Assembly: GCA_964188305.1 (NCBI GenBank)
Contig: OZ076888.1
DNA: 64,000 nt
Reading direction: 5' to 3' (one strand)
Source of the DNA: Podarcis bocagei
Taxonomy: Eukaryota
The notes beneath the pieces are model-generated. The model did no database searches, was not told the DNA's origin, and saw nothing but the letters and a program-made list of their open reading frames with translations. The position numbers were made by a program, and so were the translations under genes. This document shows positions 38,351-50,175 of the stretch, one piece after another (positions within the stretch are counted from its first letter, which is position 1; each line of letters begins with the position of its first letter).

Positions 38351-39284
38351 CACAGTCCCACAGGAAATAGCAGTGCTGTTACTTCCAACATGCAGTTCCA
38401 CAGAACTTGTGAATAAGCCAAAACAGTCAGCACGGGTTCACTAGTGAAAAAAACATGATATGCCTTGCATGTGTAAGGATTATCACAGAGTGGCAATATT
38501 TGAGCCTTGTTAACAAAATTCTTTTGAGTATATATTTCCTTCACCCACAGACCCCCCATTTTCTGTCCCAGCGTTTCTCTTGCTCCTCCTTCCTCACTCC
38601 AATGTACAGTTTCCTTCTATGACTTCAAATCAAACTCACCAATTGAATTGTAGCATACTCTGCTGCACAGTACTGAGAATGAGGTGATGGAAGGAAATAA
38701 TAATTATATGGGAGGGAATGTATATGTGAGTATGCATGCCGGAGGGTGGCAGTCTGGAACTGAAAATATCCCATTTGGTTCCAGGCTGTTCAGCTTGTGG
38801 CTTTGGGCAAGTCATTTCAACCCTCTCTGACTTAGTTTATGGAAGGTGCTATGTAATTTCTAGGCAGTATAACCCTTTATGACTACAAAAAAACATCCCT
38901 ACTCCTATACATATAAACTTCATTGCATGTCCTTTAATCTCCACAAAGCTGTAAAAGCACAGCTCCCCTCCCCCCTTTCTAAAGCATTCAATTAAAATAT
39001 TTTGAAGCATCTGTCGAAGTCTAGTAAAACAACAAAAACCTAGAATCAAGTAGTGATTTCTTAGAAACCCACTGATGACTAGCAATCTCAAAATCCTGAC
39101 AAAACTATTCCGTATTCCACTAGGAGAAAATAACTCCTGCAATATTGGGTATACCAAACACCTGCATCCTCACTAAAGAAAGAAGAGGGAAGCTTGATTG
39201 TCAGGTCCAAACTATATGTGATACTGGCAAATTCATGATTGTAAAAGCAGGTCTGCCCATTCACATGGAAAATGAGATGATGTT

Positions 39285-39385
39285 CCTGTTTAGGGAAATT
39301 TTTAATGTTTGATGTTTTATCATGTTTTTAATATTCTGTTGGGAGCCACCCAGAGTGACTTGGGTGGGGTATAAATAAATAAATC
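39285..39385 (+). mobile_element. L2 LINE 3' tip
   Basis: cctgtttagggaa..gttgggagccacccagagtg..gggtggggtataaataaataaat. Confidence 0.65.
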
Positions 39386-40508
39386 ATCATCATCTAGCTG
39401 TTTGAAAGAGCAGAGGTAGGAATGCTGGCCCCTTTCCCACCTGTGTTTCATTCCACACATTTTCCAAAGCTGTGACAACTAGTGATGGGGTGTAAAGAAT
39501 ACACAGTTGCTCCAAGTTATGCTTGAGGGGGAGGAGTCCCTATGTCCTTACCAATGGATGTCAGATGACAGCCATGGAGGTTTTACTACCCTCTGCCTCC
39601 TGCTAGTGGCTGGCCCTGCCATTCTCTCACATGGCCTGTCCCAGGATGCAAACACGGCTACTAGAAAACGTATGGAAAGAAGAACAGCAGAAGGAAGAGA
39701 AGGGGGGATGGGAAGGGGGCTTCGGGACATTCTGTCTGTGTAATCCATATGGAATTTCCTTCACTTTTCAATAGACACATCTCCAGAACCTCAAAAAAAA
39801 AAATGGTTTCTCTAACCTAGCCTAAGTGCTTACCTCTTTCCGCTTCAATTTCTGATGTGAGAAAAACTACTAGGACTATGAGCAGCATCTTGCCATTGTC
39901 ATATATTCTTCTTAGAATTTAACTCAACAAAATGCAGCTTTGCTTTATTTGAGTGTCTCAGTGGTGTCTTCTGGAGATCAATTGAACAGTCCTGAACACA
40001 AGGGCATTCTATTGATCTCAACGAGGGCACACAATGTTTCTGCTGAGCTGTCTATTACAAGATCCTTTAGGTAAAACAGTTAATGTGGTGGTCGTACAGT
40101 AGGTACAATGAAGCAAAGGCTAAGATAAAAAAGGATAAACCCAATATGCCAAAACTTTTGAGGAAGGAATATGTTCTAATGTCCTGTTGTATCACCAAAC
40201 TAAAACGGACTTGCCTATTGGTAAAAATCACAATGATTTTCTGTCCCAGTATCATAAGCGTTAAAGATGCCATCCTTGGTCAAGGTCCAGAGAAGGGTGT
40301 GGTGTGTTTCTCCCACTCTGATGCAATGGTTCTTTCCTCATAAAAGCTGTGACCCATATTAAAAGCTGCTTTTTGAACTCAGGAAACCTTCAAACACCAT
40401 TTGCAATGCAGCCTGGGTAGTGAAAAATATGAATTGAAACTTCGTTGGATGTGCAGAAGCATTTCCACAAGCAAAACAGGTTTACCCAATTGTTGCCAAC
40501 AGCTGTAA

Positions 40509-40593
40509 AAAGGTAAAGGTAAAGGACCCTTGACAGTTAAGTTCAGTTGCAGATGACTCTGGGGTTGTGGTGCTCATCTCGCTTTACAGGCCA
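40509..40593 (-). mobile_element. 5'-truncated Sauria SINE 3' end
   Basis: aaaggtaaaggtaaagg tail and gactctggggttgtggtgctcatctcgcttta, the reverse complement of 6855-6925. Confidence 0.8.
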
Positions 40594-41483
40594 AGTACGT
40601 GCGCTGTACATAGCGGTGGGAACCCTCCGTCACCGCTACAGCCGCATTAGAGGATCCTCCATTCATGGCTGTAGCGGCAACAGAGGGATCCCGGCACCGT
40701 CCGTATGGCGCTGGAGCACTGCTGGTGGCAAATTGCTATGTACAGTGCATGTAGCAATGCCGCACATGCGCCCTACGTAGCGATGCCCCGGGTGTCATGA
40801 TGCCTTTGTTCACCCCTGACTACATCCACACCATAAATAATAACAACAACAAACCCACACCATCCTCACTGGGCAAGCACAAAATTAATAGGAAGAAACT
40901 GTGGTCAGTCAACTTGGTGCCCTCTAGATGTTGTTGGCGTACAACTCCCATCAGTCCCAGCCAGCATGGCTAATAGTCAGGGATGACCACTATAGCAACA
41001 AGGGAAGCAAGGCACATCGGGTCATGAACTCTTGAACTCTAACCCCAGAGTAAATAGTACCACCTATAAGAATCCAACCTGTGATACAACATGATAGGGC
41101 GAGGGAAAGAGAGAGAAAGCTTTTTCACAGCAAAGAAATTCTGTCTAACCACTATTCTGTTGGAGCTTTCAAGTGGGCACAGATAATGAAATATTAACAA
41201 ATTTCAAAGAAGCTTGCTAGGGCTCTATGCAGTATAAAAAGGCTGTTAAACACAAGGACATGTATACATTTGCCAACAGCTTAGAGCTTCGGAGCCTGGG
41301 AAATAACCTGTTCCTATATTGCACAATTGTCTATAGGTTTCCCCTGAGAGGTTTTTTTGTACTGGAGAATGATTTACTTCTGGCCACCGGGGGAGGCTAT
41401 GGAGAAGGAACTTTTTTATACGTACTTCTTTATATGTAGTCCATTTAACTAGTCACATCTGAGTACACTGAGGGACTCTAGTC

Positions 41484-41619
41484 CAGTGTTTCCCAACCTT
41501 GGGCCTCCAGCTGTTTTTGAACTACAATTCTCATCATCCCTGACCACTGGTCTTGCTAGCTAGGGATGATGGGAGTTGTAGTTCAAAAACAGCTGGAGGC
41601 CCTAGGTTGGGAAACACTG
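41484..41619. mobile_element. 136-bp palindromic hAT MITE
   Basis: TIR CAGTGTTTCCCAACC...GGTTGGGAAACACTG; perfect TSD ctctagtc. Confidence 0.92.
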
Positions 41620-41851
41620 CTCTAGTCTACACTTCCCTTGTATTTGGTCTGTCTCACGGAGCACTATGATTTGGTAAGATTCAGTTGCTGACATTGCTGA
41701 CTAGCACAGCTTATAGTGCAGACGAAGAACACCTTTTCTAGGTCTCTCTCAGCAAGGCAACCAAATAGTAACATGTATTAGTGTGTGTCCTCAAAATAAA
41801 CGTTCATCACACAGTTCAGCTTTGCATGCCTGGCAGAGTACGGATTTGCTA

Positions 41852-42055
41852 CAGAATATATGATGCTGCCTTATAGCAGGTTGGGCCATATGTCCAAGTA
41901 GTCCAGTACTGTCTACTCTGACTGGCAATGGATCTCCCATTTCTCAGATGGAGGTCTTTCCAATCATCTTTTCGTTGATCCTTCCAAATGGAGATGCCTA
42001 GAATTGAGCTTAGGACCTGCCATATGCACAGCATATGCTGAACAATGGCCCCTTC
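41852..42055 (-). mobile_element. Squam2-like SINE
   Basis: gctgccttata..cagtactgtctactctgactggca..ggagatgcctagaattga..aggacc. Confidence 0.65.
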
Positions 42056-42527
42056 ACCCACCTTCCCATTCCATACTATTTGCTTGCGCTCATCTTTTGC
42101 CTTCCGTTTTCCACCTTGCTCTGTAGCCATAGCATTCAACTAGGCAAGGTCAAGCTTGTTTGCATGGATGCAGTTGACTTTTGCTGCCAGCACATACGGA
42201 AGATCAGCAGAAGGCCTGGGACTCAGGTGTTGTAAGGCTCTTACACAATGTCAGGGCAGGACGGCTATCTATGCAAATGCTAAGTGTTATTGCCATCATC
42301 ACCACCACAGGGAAGCCGACTGCAGCACCCAGTGCTAGCTTTGAGACCCAATTAAGATTTGGCAGTATTCGTCCCTCAATGTCAGTATCAGGGTAGAACA
42401 GATTCATCCAGCCCTCCCCTGCACTCCTCATCTATAGCTGCCTCTGTTCTTTGCTGGTAAACATGCTGATCTTTACAGAGCCACCTTAACAGAATTTTTG
42501 GTTGGGCCCAAGTGAAGAGAATTGGGG

Positions 42528-43093
42528 NNNNNNNNNNNNNNNNNNNNNNNNNNNNNNNNNNNNNNNNNNNNNNNNNNNNNNNNNNNNNNNNNNNNNNNNN
42601 NNNNNNNNNNNNNNNNNNNNNNNNNNNNNNNNNNNNNNNNNNNNNNNNNNNNNNNNNNNNNNNNNNNNNNNNNNNNNNNNNNNNNNNNNNNNNNNNNNNN
42701 NNNNNNNNNNNNNNNNNNNNNNNNNNNNNNNNNNNNNNNNGCACTAATTACAAGACGTTTTCCCAGTGCTTATGTAAAATATGACAGAGCAGCAGCTTAG
42801 GGAATTGCAAAAAAACTGCTTCTAATTTCCACTGAGAAACTGACAAACANNNNNNNNNNNNNNNNNNNNNNNNNNNNNNNNNNNNNNNNNNNNNNNNNNN
42901 NNNNNNNNNNNNNNNNNNNNNNNNNNNNNNNNNNNNNNNNNNNNNNNNNNNNNNNNNNNNNNNNNNNNNNNNNNNNNNNNNNNNNNNNNNNNNNNNNNNN
43001 NNNNNNNNNNNNNNNNNNNNNNNNNNNNNNNNNNNNNNNNNNNNNNNNNNNNNNNNNNNNNNNNNNNNNNNNNNNNNNNNNNNNNNNNNNNNN
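42528..43093. other. Two N-runs (42528-42740, 213 nt; 42850-43093, 244 nt) around a 109-bp unique island
   Basis: Directly visible. Confidence 0.99.
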
Positions 43094-43849
43094 TTCTTTG
43101 CAGGCAGGAAAAAGAAATACCCACACCAACAAAACAGAAACAAAACAAAAAAACGCAACCAACAGCTTATTATTTGGTGTGTGTTACTTAAATTTAAAAG
43201 ACTCGAGGCAGTTAACTTCCTGCGTAGCGTTCTAACTTTGCTGTGAAGTTAAAAGCATTGGGGACATTACCTAAGCAAAGGCACAAGGAGGAGAACAGGC
43301 AAGGGCAGAGAGACTTGGGGTTTGGGGAAGAAAGACAATATGGTACTGAAATGCAGTCAGACCTAAACACTGCTTTGTGGTTTGGCAACCAAAGTATCAA
43401 CTGCACTGAGTAGGTTAGCTGGCATACAAACAAAGGGGGCTGATCATCCTAGAGGGGGCATTTGAACACTGCAGCAAGGGAACAGGAGGCAGTGGCACAA
43501 CTGTAGCAACAGGTTTCAGTGCAGGGAAGTCATGGTAACTGAAAATACCAGAGTCCAGGGCCTTTCCTGTGTATTCACAGTAAGATCAGTACTGAATGGC
43601 AGCAGACTGGATGGTTCATGCTATTTGGGACAGCAGTGGTGGAGAGAATCAGGCATCCCTCCCACTGCAAGACTTTGGAACCCAACTGAAATGGTTGCAG
43701 GGAGTGCGACATTAGATAATCTAGCAATGAAACGACTGGAAAGAGCAACAGGATACAATGTGACTGACTACAACGAGGAAAATCTGGTTTACAATGTTTC
43801 ACCAGTTATGATTATTCCGAACTAGAACAAATTGGTATCAAGAATCTTG

Positions 43850-44425
43850 GTTGGACTATTGCAATGCACGCTACATGGAGCTACCCTTGAAGATGGCTCC
43901 AGAAACCGCAGGTAGTGCAAGATACTGCTGTCCGGCTATTATGTGGGGCAGTGAGAAGGGAAAGAGCAAATTCACCAAGTGCAATCCAATGTGTTGCTGA
44001 TGATGTACCAAGTTCTAGATGACTTGGGGCCCAGTACTGAAAGGAATGCCTTCCTCAACACCTGCCAGCCTGTAAAGAACAGGAGAGAGTCCCAGCTTGT
44101 GTTGCTGTCCATGGGCATGGCCCATAGGGGAATGACATGGAGCAGGGCCTTCCTGTCTGTGGCTCCCCAATCTGTGAAGCTCCGAAATGAAATCTGATTG
44201 ACTTTGTTAATTAAAAACATATTTCTTTAGCAAGGCCTTTGGAACATAACTGAATTGGAAACTAAAAGGGAAAGCTTTATTGCACACTGGTTAATGTTTT
44301 AATTATCAATACAGAGTTGGTTATTATAATAATTGTTCTACTATGTTTCCTATCTTGTTGTTGTTGTTAGCCGCCCTGGAATCCTGCAGGAGGAAGGGTG
44401 ATATATAAAAATAATAATAATAAAA
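43850..44425 (+). mobile_element. Degenerate L2 LINE 3' fragment
   Basis: ggactattgcaatgca (LDYCNA motif of the L2 RT C-terminus), agcagggccttc..gtggctcccc, gccgccctg, (TAA)n tail. Confidence 0.7.
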
Positions 44426-46016
44426 AAACTGCCAATGGAAAGAAGGCTGCAACAGAGGCTCATAGATGGGCAGAACTCCAGGATGGTATGGAGGGCAGCA
44501 CTATATCTCTCCAGGAATGGACGGCAGACATTCACTTTTTAGGGGGAAAGAAAAAATATTCATAAAGAATCACCATTGCAGTAGTTGCTAAACCTGGCGT
44601 TCCTAATTTCTGCAGCAGGAAACCAGGTTTTGTCCCTTCTTCTTTGTGTCCTATATTGCAGTATGTTTATTTTATCTGATCCAATTCAATAAAGGGGGGC
44701 ACACTACTGAAAATTGTGCCAGTCCATATCAGCATACTTACTACACTACGTAACCTGCATTATTTTCATCTGCAGAATGGATCTGCAGAGTAGAACACAT
44801 TTAAATTATGTCTCCAGATTTCAATTCATACATTTCCTCAACAAGGGACACATACAAAATGGTTACTACAACAAATAAAAACATATTTGTTTACAACTAA
44901 GTAGAAGCTTTATATTAATTACACTGCTGAACTTTGTAATGATCCGGTTTGGACTATGAAATTGGCACTCCCAAAGCAAGTAGCATTCCCAACAGGGCCA
45001 TGGCCTCCTCCCCCAGTTTTTGAAGACTTGAATTATAATCAGAGTCATTACTTACTTCGTGGCAGCAGAGTGGGGTGCAGATTTGGTGTGGATCTGAAAT
45101 TAACCAAGCTATTTCCCTTAAAATACACATTTTAAAAACTCAGTTTGGAAAACTAAGTTCTAAGGCTATCATGAGATGACAACTCCGCTCATCAGTGCTT
45201 TAAAGCACACCCAGGATCATAATCCAAAGTCTTTGGTATTGCAGTCTATATGCTTTCTGCACTACTGAATTTACATTGACTTAAAGGGACAGATGTAAAA
45301 TTCAGGATTGATTTCTGTTTGGTTCTCTCTACATTGATAAGGACACTAAGCAAGATCACTTACTTGAAGACTACGTTTCCAGAACTTTCACTTAGCCTGG
45401 CTGTTTCTGGACACACTAGCATTTCTCCATCACAGTGATAGTAAAGTGTTTGAGCTGCTTGGTTGATGGAGTCAAAATATTCGTTATTTGAACAATACTA
45501 AAATAGCATATGATCTTTACAATGCTTTATTTTGGAACTATATTATTCTTTTAAACAGAGAAGAGAAGCTTTACTTTAATGGACATGATCCCACCAAAAT
45601 TAAACACCACTGGTTTCAATAGGAGGGAAAAGAATGTGCTTAAAATATTTCTCTTGAAAACAACATGATTTATCTTTGTTGGATCTTTCCCAGTGACTAA
45701 GCCATGAATTCAGTTTTAAGAGATTATATAACGGCATACTTTAAGGAGCATTTAAAATATTAACACTCTCTTTCTCTCTCAACTTTCCCCTGTCCTGTCA
45801 TTGTGAGCTGTTTCTTACTGTATGAGATGGTGCATAGGATCCTAGAAACCAGATTTTCAGAACAAGGGAGAGAGATAAGAGACATGTTCAGAACCAATTT
45901 TTTATATGTCATACAAACTCCCCCTCCCCTGGCCTCTGTCTCGTTACAACAAGTGTATTCCAATATAATGTTTTGGGATAGGCCTCAATAGCATCTTGCT
46001 TGCTTGTTTGCTTGCT

Positions 46017-46962
46017 TACATAGAATCATAGAGTTGGAAGAGACCACAAGGGCCATCGAGTCCAACCCCCTGCCAAGCAGGAAACACCATCAGAGCACTC
46101 CTGACATATGGTTGTCAAGCCTCTGCTTAAAGACCTCCAAAGTAGGAGACTCCACCACACTCCTTGGCAGCAAATTCCACTGTCGAACAGCTCTTACTGT
46201 CAGGAAGTTCTTCCTAATGTTTAGGTGGAATCTTCTTTCTTGTAGTTTGGATCCATTGCTCCGTGTCCGCTTCTCTAGAGCAGCAGAAAACAACCTTTCT
46301 CCCTCCTCTATGTGACATCCTTTTATATATTTGAACATGGCTATCATATCACCCCTTAACCTCCTCTTCTCCAGGCTAAACATGCCCAGCTCCCTTAGTC
46401 GTTCCTCATAAGGCATCGTTTCCAGGCCTTTGACCATTTTGGTTGCCCTCCTCTGGACACGTTCCAGTTTGTCAGTGTCCTTCTTGAACTGTGGTGCCCA
46501 GAACTGGACACAGTACTCCAGGTGAGGTCTGACCAGAGCATAATACAGTGGCACTATTACTTCCCTTGATCTAGATGCTATACTCCTATTGATGCAGCCC
46601 AGAACTGCATTGGCTTTTTTAGCTGCCGCGTCACACTGTTGGCTCATGTCAAGTTTGTGGTCAACCAAGACTCCTAGATCCTTTTCACATGTACTGCTCT
46701 CAAGCCAGGTGCCACCCATCTTGTATTTGTGCCTCTCATTTTTTTTGCCCAAGTGCAATACTTTACATTTCTCCCTGTTAAAATTCATCTTGTTTGTTTT
46801 TGCCCAGTTCTCTAATTTGTCAAGGTCGTTTTGAAGTGTGATCCTGTCCTCTGGGGTGTTAGCCACCCCTCCCAGTTTGGTGTCATCTGCAAATTTGATC
46901 AGGATGCCCTTGAGTCCATCATCCAAGTCGTTGATAAAGATGTTGAATAAGACCGGGCCCAA
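46017..46962 (-). mobile_element. 5'-truncated young CR1 LINE; uninterrupted 290-codon C-terminal ORF2 ([10 protein letters not shown])
   Basis: ORF 46090..46962 with [43 protein letters not shown]; 3' end CTTCCAACTCTATGATTCTATG. Confidence 0.97.
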
Positions 46963-47793
46963 ACTTTTTCCAGGAAGTATAACACATTCTAAGCGACTGA
47001 GTGTCTTTCTTATCCTACTCTTTTATCTGTTAAACTCCAAGGTTGTTGTTAATAGTGATTTTCTTTAAATGTAATTTTGAAGAAGGTACAGATTCTTCTG
47101 TTATATCCAATAGGACTGAAAATTTAACTTCTGGCTTGCGGAGTATTGCTGGGACTGAGTCTGAGCGCCAATAGCACTCTGCTCTGGGCAAACTACTGAC
47201 TGAACAATATCAGCTCCCTAAAGATGGCACTCCCATACTTTAAAATGTTTAGGCCAAAAAAAGGACTCACATTTCTTGAGTTTATTGAATGAATTTGTCT
47301 TGCTAACATGTCAGCTGGCAGACTCAAAGTGAGAGAGCTAGTTTTTCAAACCACTCAGTCCATTTACTTTTATTTCAGAAACTCAGTTTGCAAGCTACCA
47401 TTTTCAGTCTACCTCCCTCTACCAGCCCAGCTTGTGCAAATTCATTCCAGGAGGTTAATTGATGAAGGACTTGCTCAACCAGTGCTGAATCACCCTTTCC
47501 ACATTGTGAGCTCACTGAAACATCTAAATATCCAGTGCAACTTAGAAGTAAATCACCTGGTAGTGTCAAAACAACCACTGTGAAAAGATGCTAAAGATCT
47601 CATTGCTATTTTATTTCAAAAAGTAAATACAAAAAGTTGCACTGAAGTTAATCTCACTCTCCCTACCGAAAGACTTATTTATTACATGCCCACATGTGGT
47701 TTCTAATTATGCAGCAAGAATTTTGACAAAAGATGCATCTCAACAAAAGGCTTGTGGAATTATGCTGAAATGAGCAACCACTCTGGTAAACTA

Positions 47794-48278
47794 CAGTGGT
47801 GCCCCGCAAGACGAACGCCTCGCAAGACGAAAAACTCGCAAGACGAAAGGTTTTTTCGTTTTCGAATTGCTTCGCAAGACGAATTTCCCTATGGGCTTGC
47901 TTTGCAAAACGAAGCTTGCCCCCACACCCCGGACCTCTTTTGAAGCAAGGGGCGGCGGGGAGAAGCTTCTCCCCGTTGCCAGCCCCGCAATCTCCGGGGA
48001 CAGAGGGGAAGGCGTGTGCGCGCCTTCCCCTCTGTCCCCGGACCCCTTTTGAACCAAGGGGCGGCAACGGGGAGAAGCGATCTTCTCCCCTCCGCCCCTT
48101 GCTTCAAAAGAGGGGACAGGCCAGCGGCGCTTCCCCTCTGTCCCCGGACGGTCTCCATAGGAACGCATTGATTGATTTTCAATGCATACCTATGGGAAAC
48201 TGTGCTTCGCAAGACGAAAAACTCGCAAGAAGAAAAAACTTGTGGAACGAATTAATTTCGTCTTGCGAGGCACCACTG
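47794..48278. mobile_element. Young Tigger-like (Tc1/mariner) MITE
   Basis: TA TSD; TIR CAGTGGTGCCCCGCAAGACGAA...TTCGTCTTGCGAGGCACCACTG; multiple cgcaagacgaa subterminal repeats. Confidence 0.92.
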
Positions 48279-48854
48279 TATAGGGACAGCATGGGTATAA
48301 CGAGCTAGACCTCTTGCAGGTTTTAGCTTTCATTCAAAAAAGTAAGTTTCTAGTCCTCAACCTATTTTTGGAGGGGGCAGCATCCTTTGTATTATGCCCA
48401 CCACTACTTCAGCCTCCTTGTCAACAATTTCAGCTTTTGCAAAACTCCAATACATTGCCAGGAGATTATTTCTCAAAATAAACTCACTTTACATATATGT
48501 AATTTTTGTGTGATGGCAAACTTTGAATCTTACTCCAGTAGAAAGTAAGTGACTACAATGAGTTCAGCACACAAGATAAGGAAAAGATGAGCACCTTGGT
48601 TCAGCACCATTTATTCTCCAATACCTTAAATCTGTAGATAGGAATATGTGAAATCAGAACACCTGCTTCCATTATGTAGGTAAAGAAAGCTGAGAGTTAA
48701 ATAGTGCATTTTAAGTTTATTTGCCCTGTTTCTTCTAAACCTTTACAACAACATAATCAAAGATCTATCTGGAAATACAGGAGGATAAGAAACACTTTTT
48801 TTAATGAAATAAGTCAGAATTCCTGCAGTTTTAGCAAACACCTATGAAGTACTT

Positions 48855-49218
48855 GGGACGCGGGTGGCGCTGTGGGTTAAAGCCTCAGCGCCTAGGGCTT
48901 GCCGATCGAAAGGTCGGCGGTTCGAATCCCCGCGGCGGGGTGCGCTCCCGCTGCTCGGTCCCAGCGCCTGCCAACCTAGCAGTTCGAAAGCACCCCCGGG
49001 TGCAAGTAGATAAATAGGGACCGCTTACCAGCGGGAAGGTAAACGGCGTTCCGTGTGCTGCGCTGGCTCGCCAGATGCAGCTTTGTCACGCTGGCCACGT
49101 GACCCGGAAGTGTCTCGGACAGCGCTGGCCCCCGGCCAATAAATGTGAGATGGGCGCACAAACCCCAGAGTCTGTCAAGACTGGCCCGCTCGGGCAGGGG
49201 TACCTTTACCTTTACCTT
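48855..49218 (+). mobile_element. Young full-length Sauria SINE
   Basis: GGGACGCGGGTGGCGCTGTGG head, intact B box GGTTCGAATCCC, (ACCTTT)n tail, 12-bp perfect TSD tatgaagtactt, CpGs retained. Confidence 0.96.
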
Positions 49219-49719
49219 TATGAAGTACTTAAAATGTTTCTGGAGCCACATGTACTTAATCACTGGCTTAAGAGGAACAGGTGGCTTTTGAGTCACCACA
49301 TTTAGGGACTAATTTTTGTTGCACCCTGCAGTGGGCTACATGTAGTCCAAGAATACCAGAGAATTTCTCCAGTGACTAAGGAAAATGCATTCCTGAAAGA
49401 AAAAGAGTTGTGCCTCTCCCACACTGCTAAACAGTAAACAGCAACAGGGAGAGGAGATGAAAAACTATTCTTTTAAGAGGTACTACTTTATGCTTCAGAC
49501 AGACTAATAAAGTTTAATTGTCTGGAATCTGGTGACTCTTACTGTATAACTTCCCTCTGATATAGGTCTTCCATTTGGATTTTAAATGCTGGTGAAATCA
49601 CTGAAATAAAATTTCCGTGAGGTTGGGAAAGAAAAAGAGAGAGGTTTTCCCAACTTTTAAACTTCAAGTTTATCTACAGAGGTTGATCTAAAATGGGTTC
49701 CATTTCTGGTGATAAAAGA

Positions 49720-50175
49720 TAGATAGATAATATTTATTGCGGCCATAGGCCCATACAGGTAAAAACAACACATAAGTGACAGCTTGTGCCGTGGGGAAAA
49801 AAAAAAAAAAAAAAAAACAGTCGCTAAAACACCACTATAACAATAAAATACTATAAGATGGAAAGGCATGCTACGCCTTAATTAGCTTGTAGCGCTCCTT
49901 GGCGTCGCTTTTGGGAGAGGACAGCGACCAGGAACCTAGCCACTTTCAGGGTCGTGTGGGAATCCTTATCCTGCAAGATTTGGGCAAGGTGGGATTTTGG
50001 TGGGGTACCCTCTAGTTTCTGTATGATTGATCCCAACAAATTTGCCCGTGGCACATTGAACAAGGGGCAAGTGAACATAATGTGCTGAAGCGACTCCGGC
50101 GTCACCTTATCACATTCGCACGTGGCGGGGTCTTGGCCCTTTGAGAATCTATGTCTCAGGACATTGGAGGGGAAA
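49720..50175 (-). mobile_element. 5'-truncated non-LTR retrotransposon, RTE-X-like, encoding a C-terminal Cys/His knuckle
   Basis: Open frame ...ATCECDKVTPESLQHIMFTCPLFNVPR...VARFL; 3' end GGCCTATGGCCGCAATAAA plus (TATC)n; 12-bp perfect TSD ggtgataaaaga (49708-49719 and 50176-50187). Confidence 0.82.

Noticed and set aside
42388-43162. ORFs spanning N-runs (also 60045-60410 and 61517-62266)
   Set aside because: Artefacts of translating N as X
47800-47890. Regularly spaced cgcaagacgaa repeats resembling a CRISPR-like array
   Set aside because: Eukaryotic context; these are subterminal MITE repeats with irregular short spacers
47675-48308. Overlapping 107-170 aa ORFs
   Set aside because: All lie within the Tigger-like MITE; no transposase motifs
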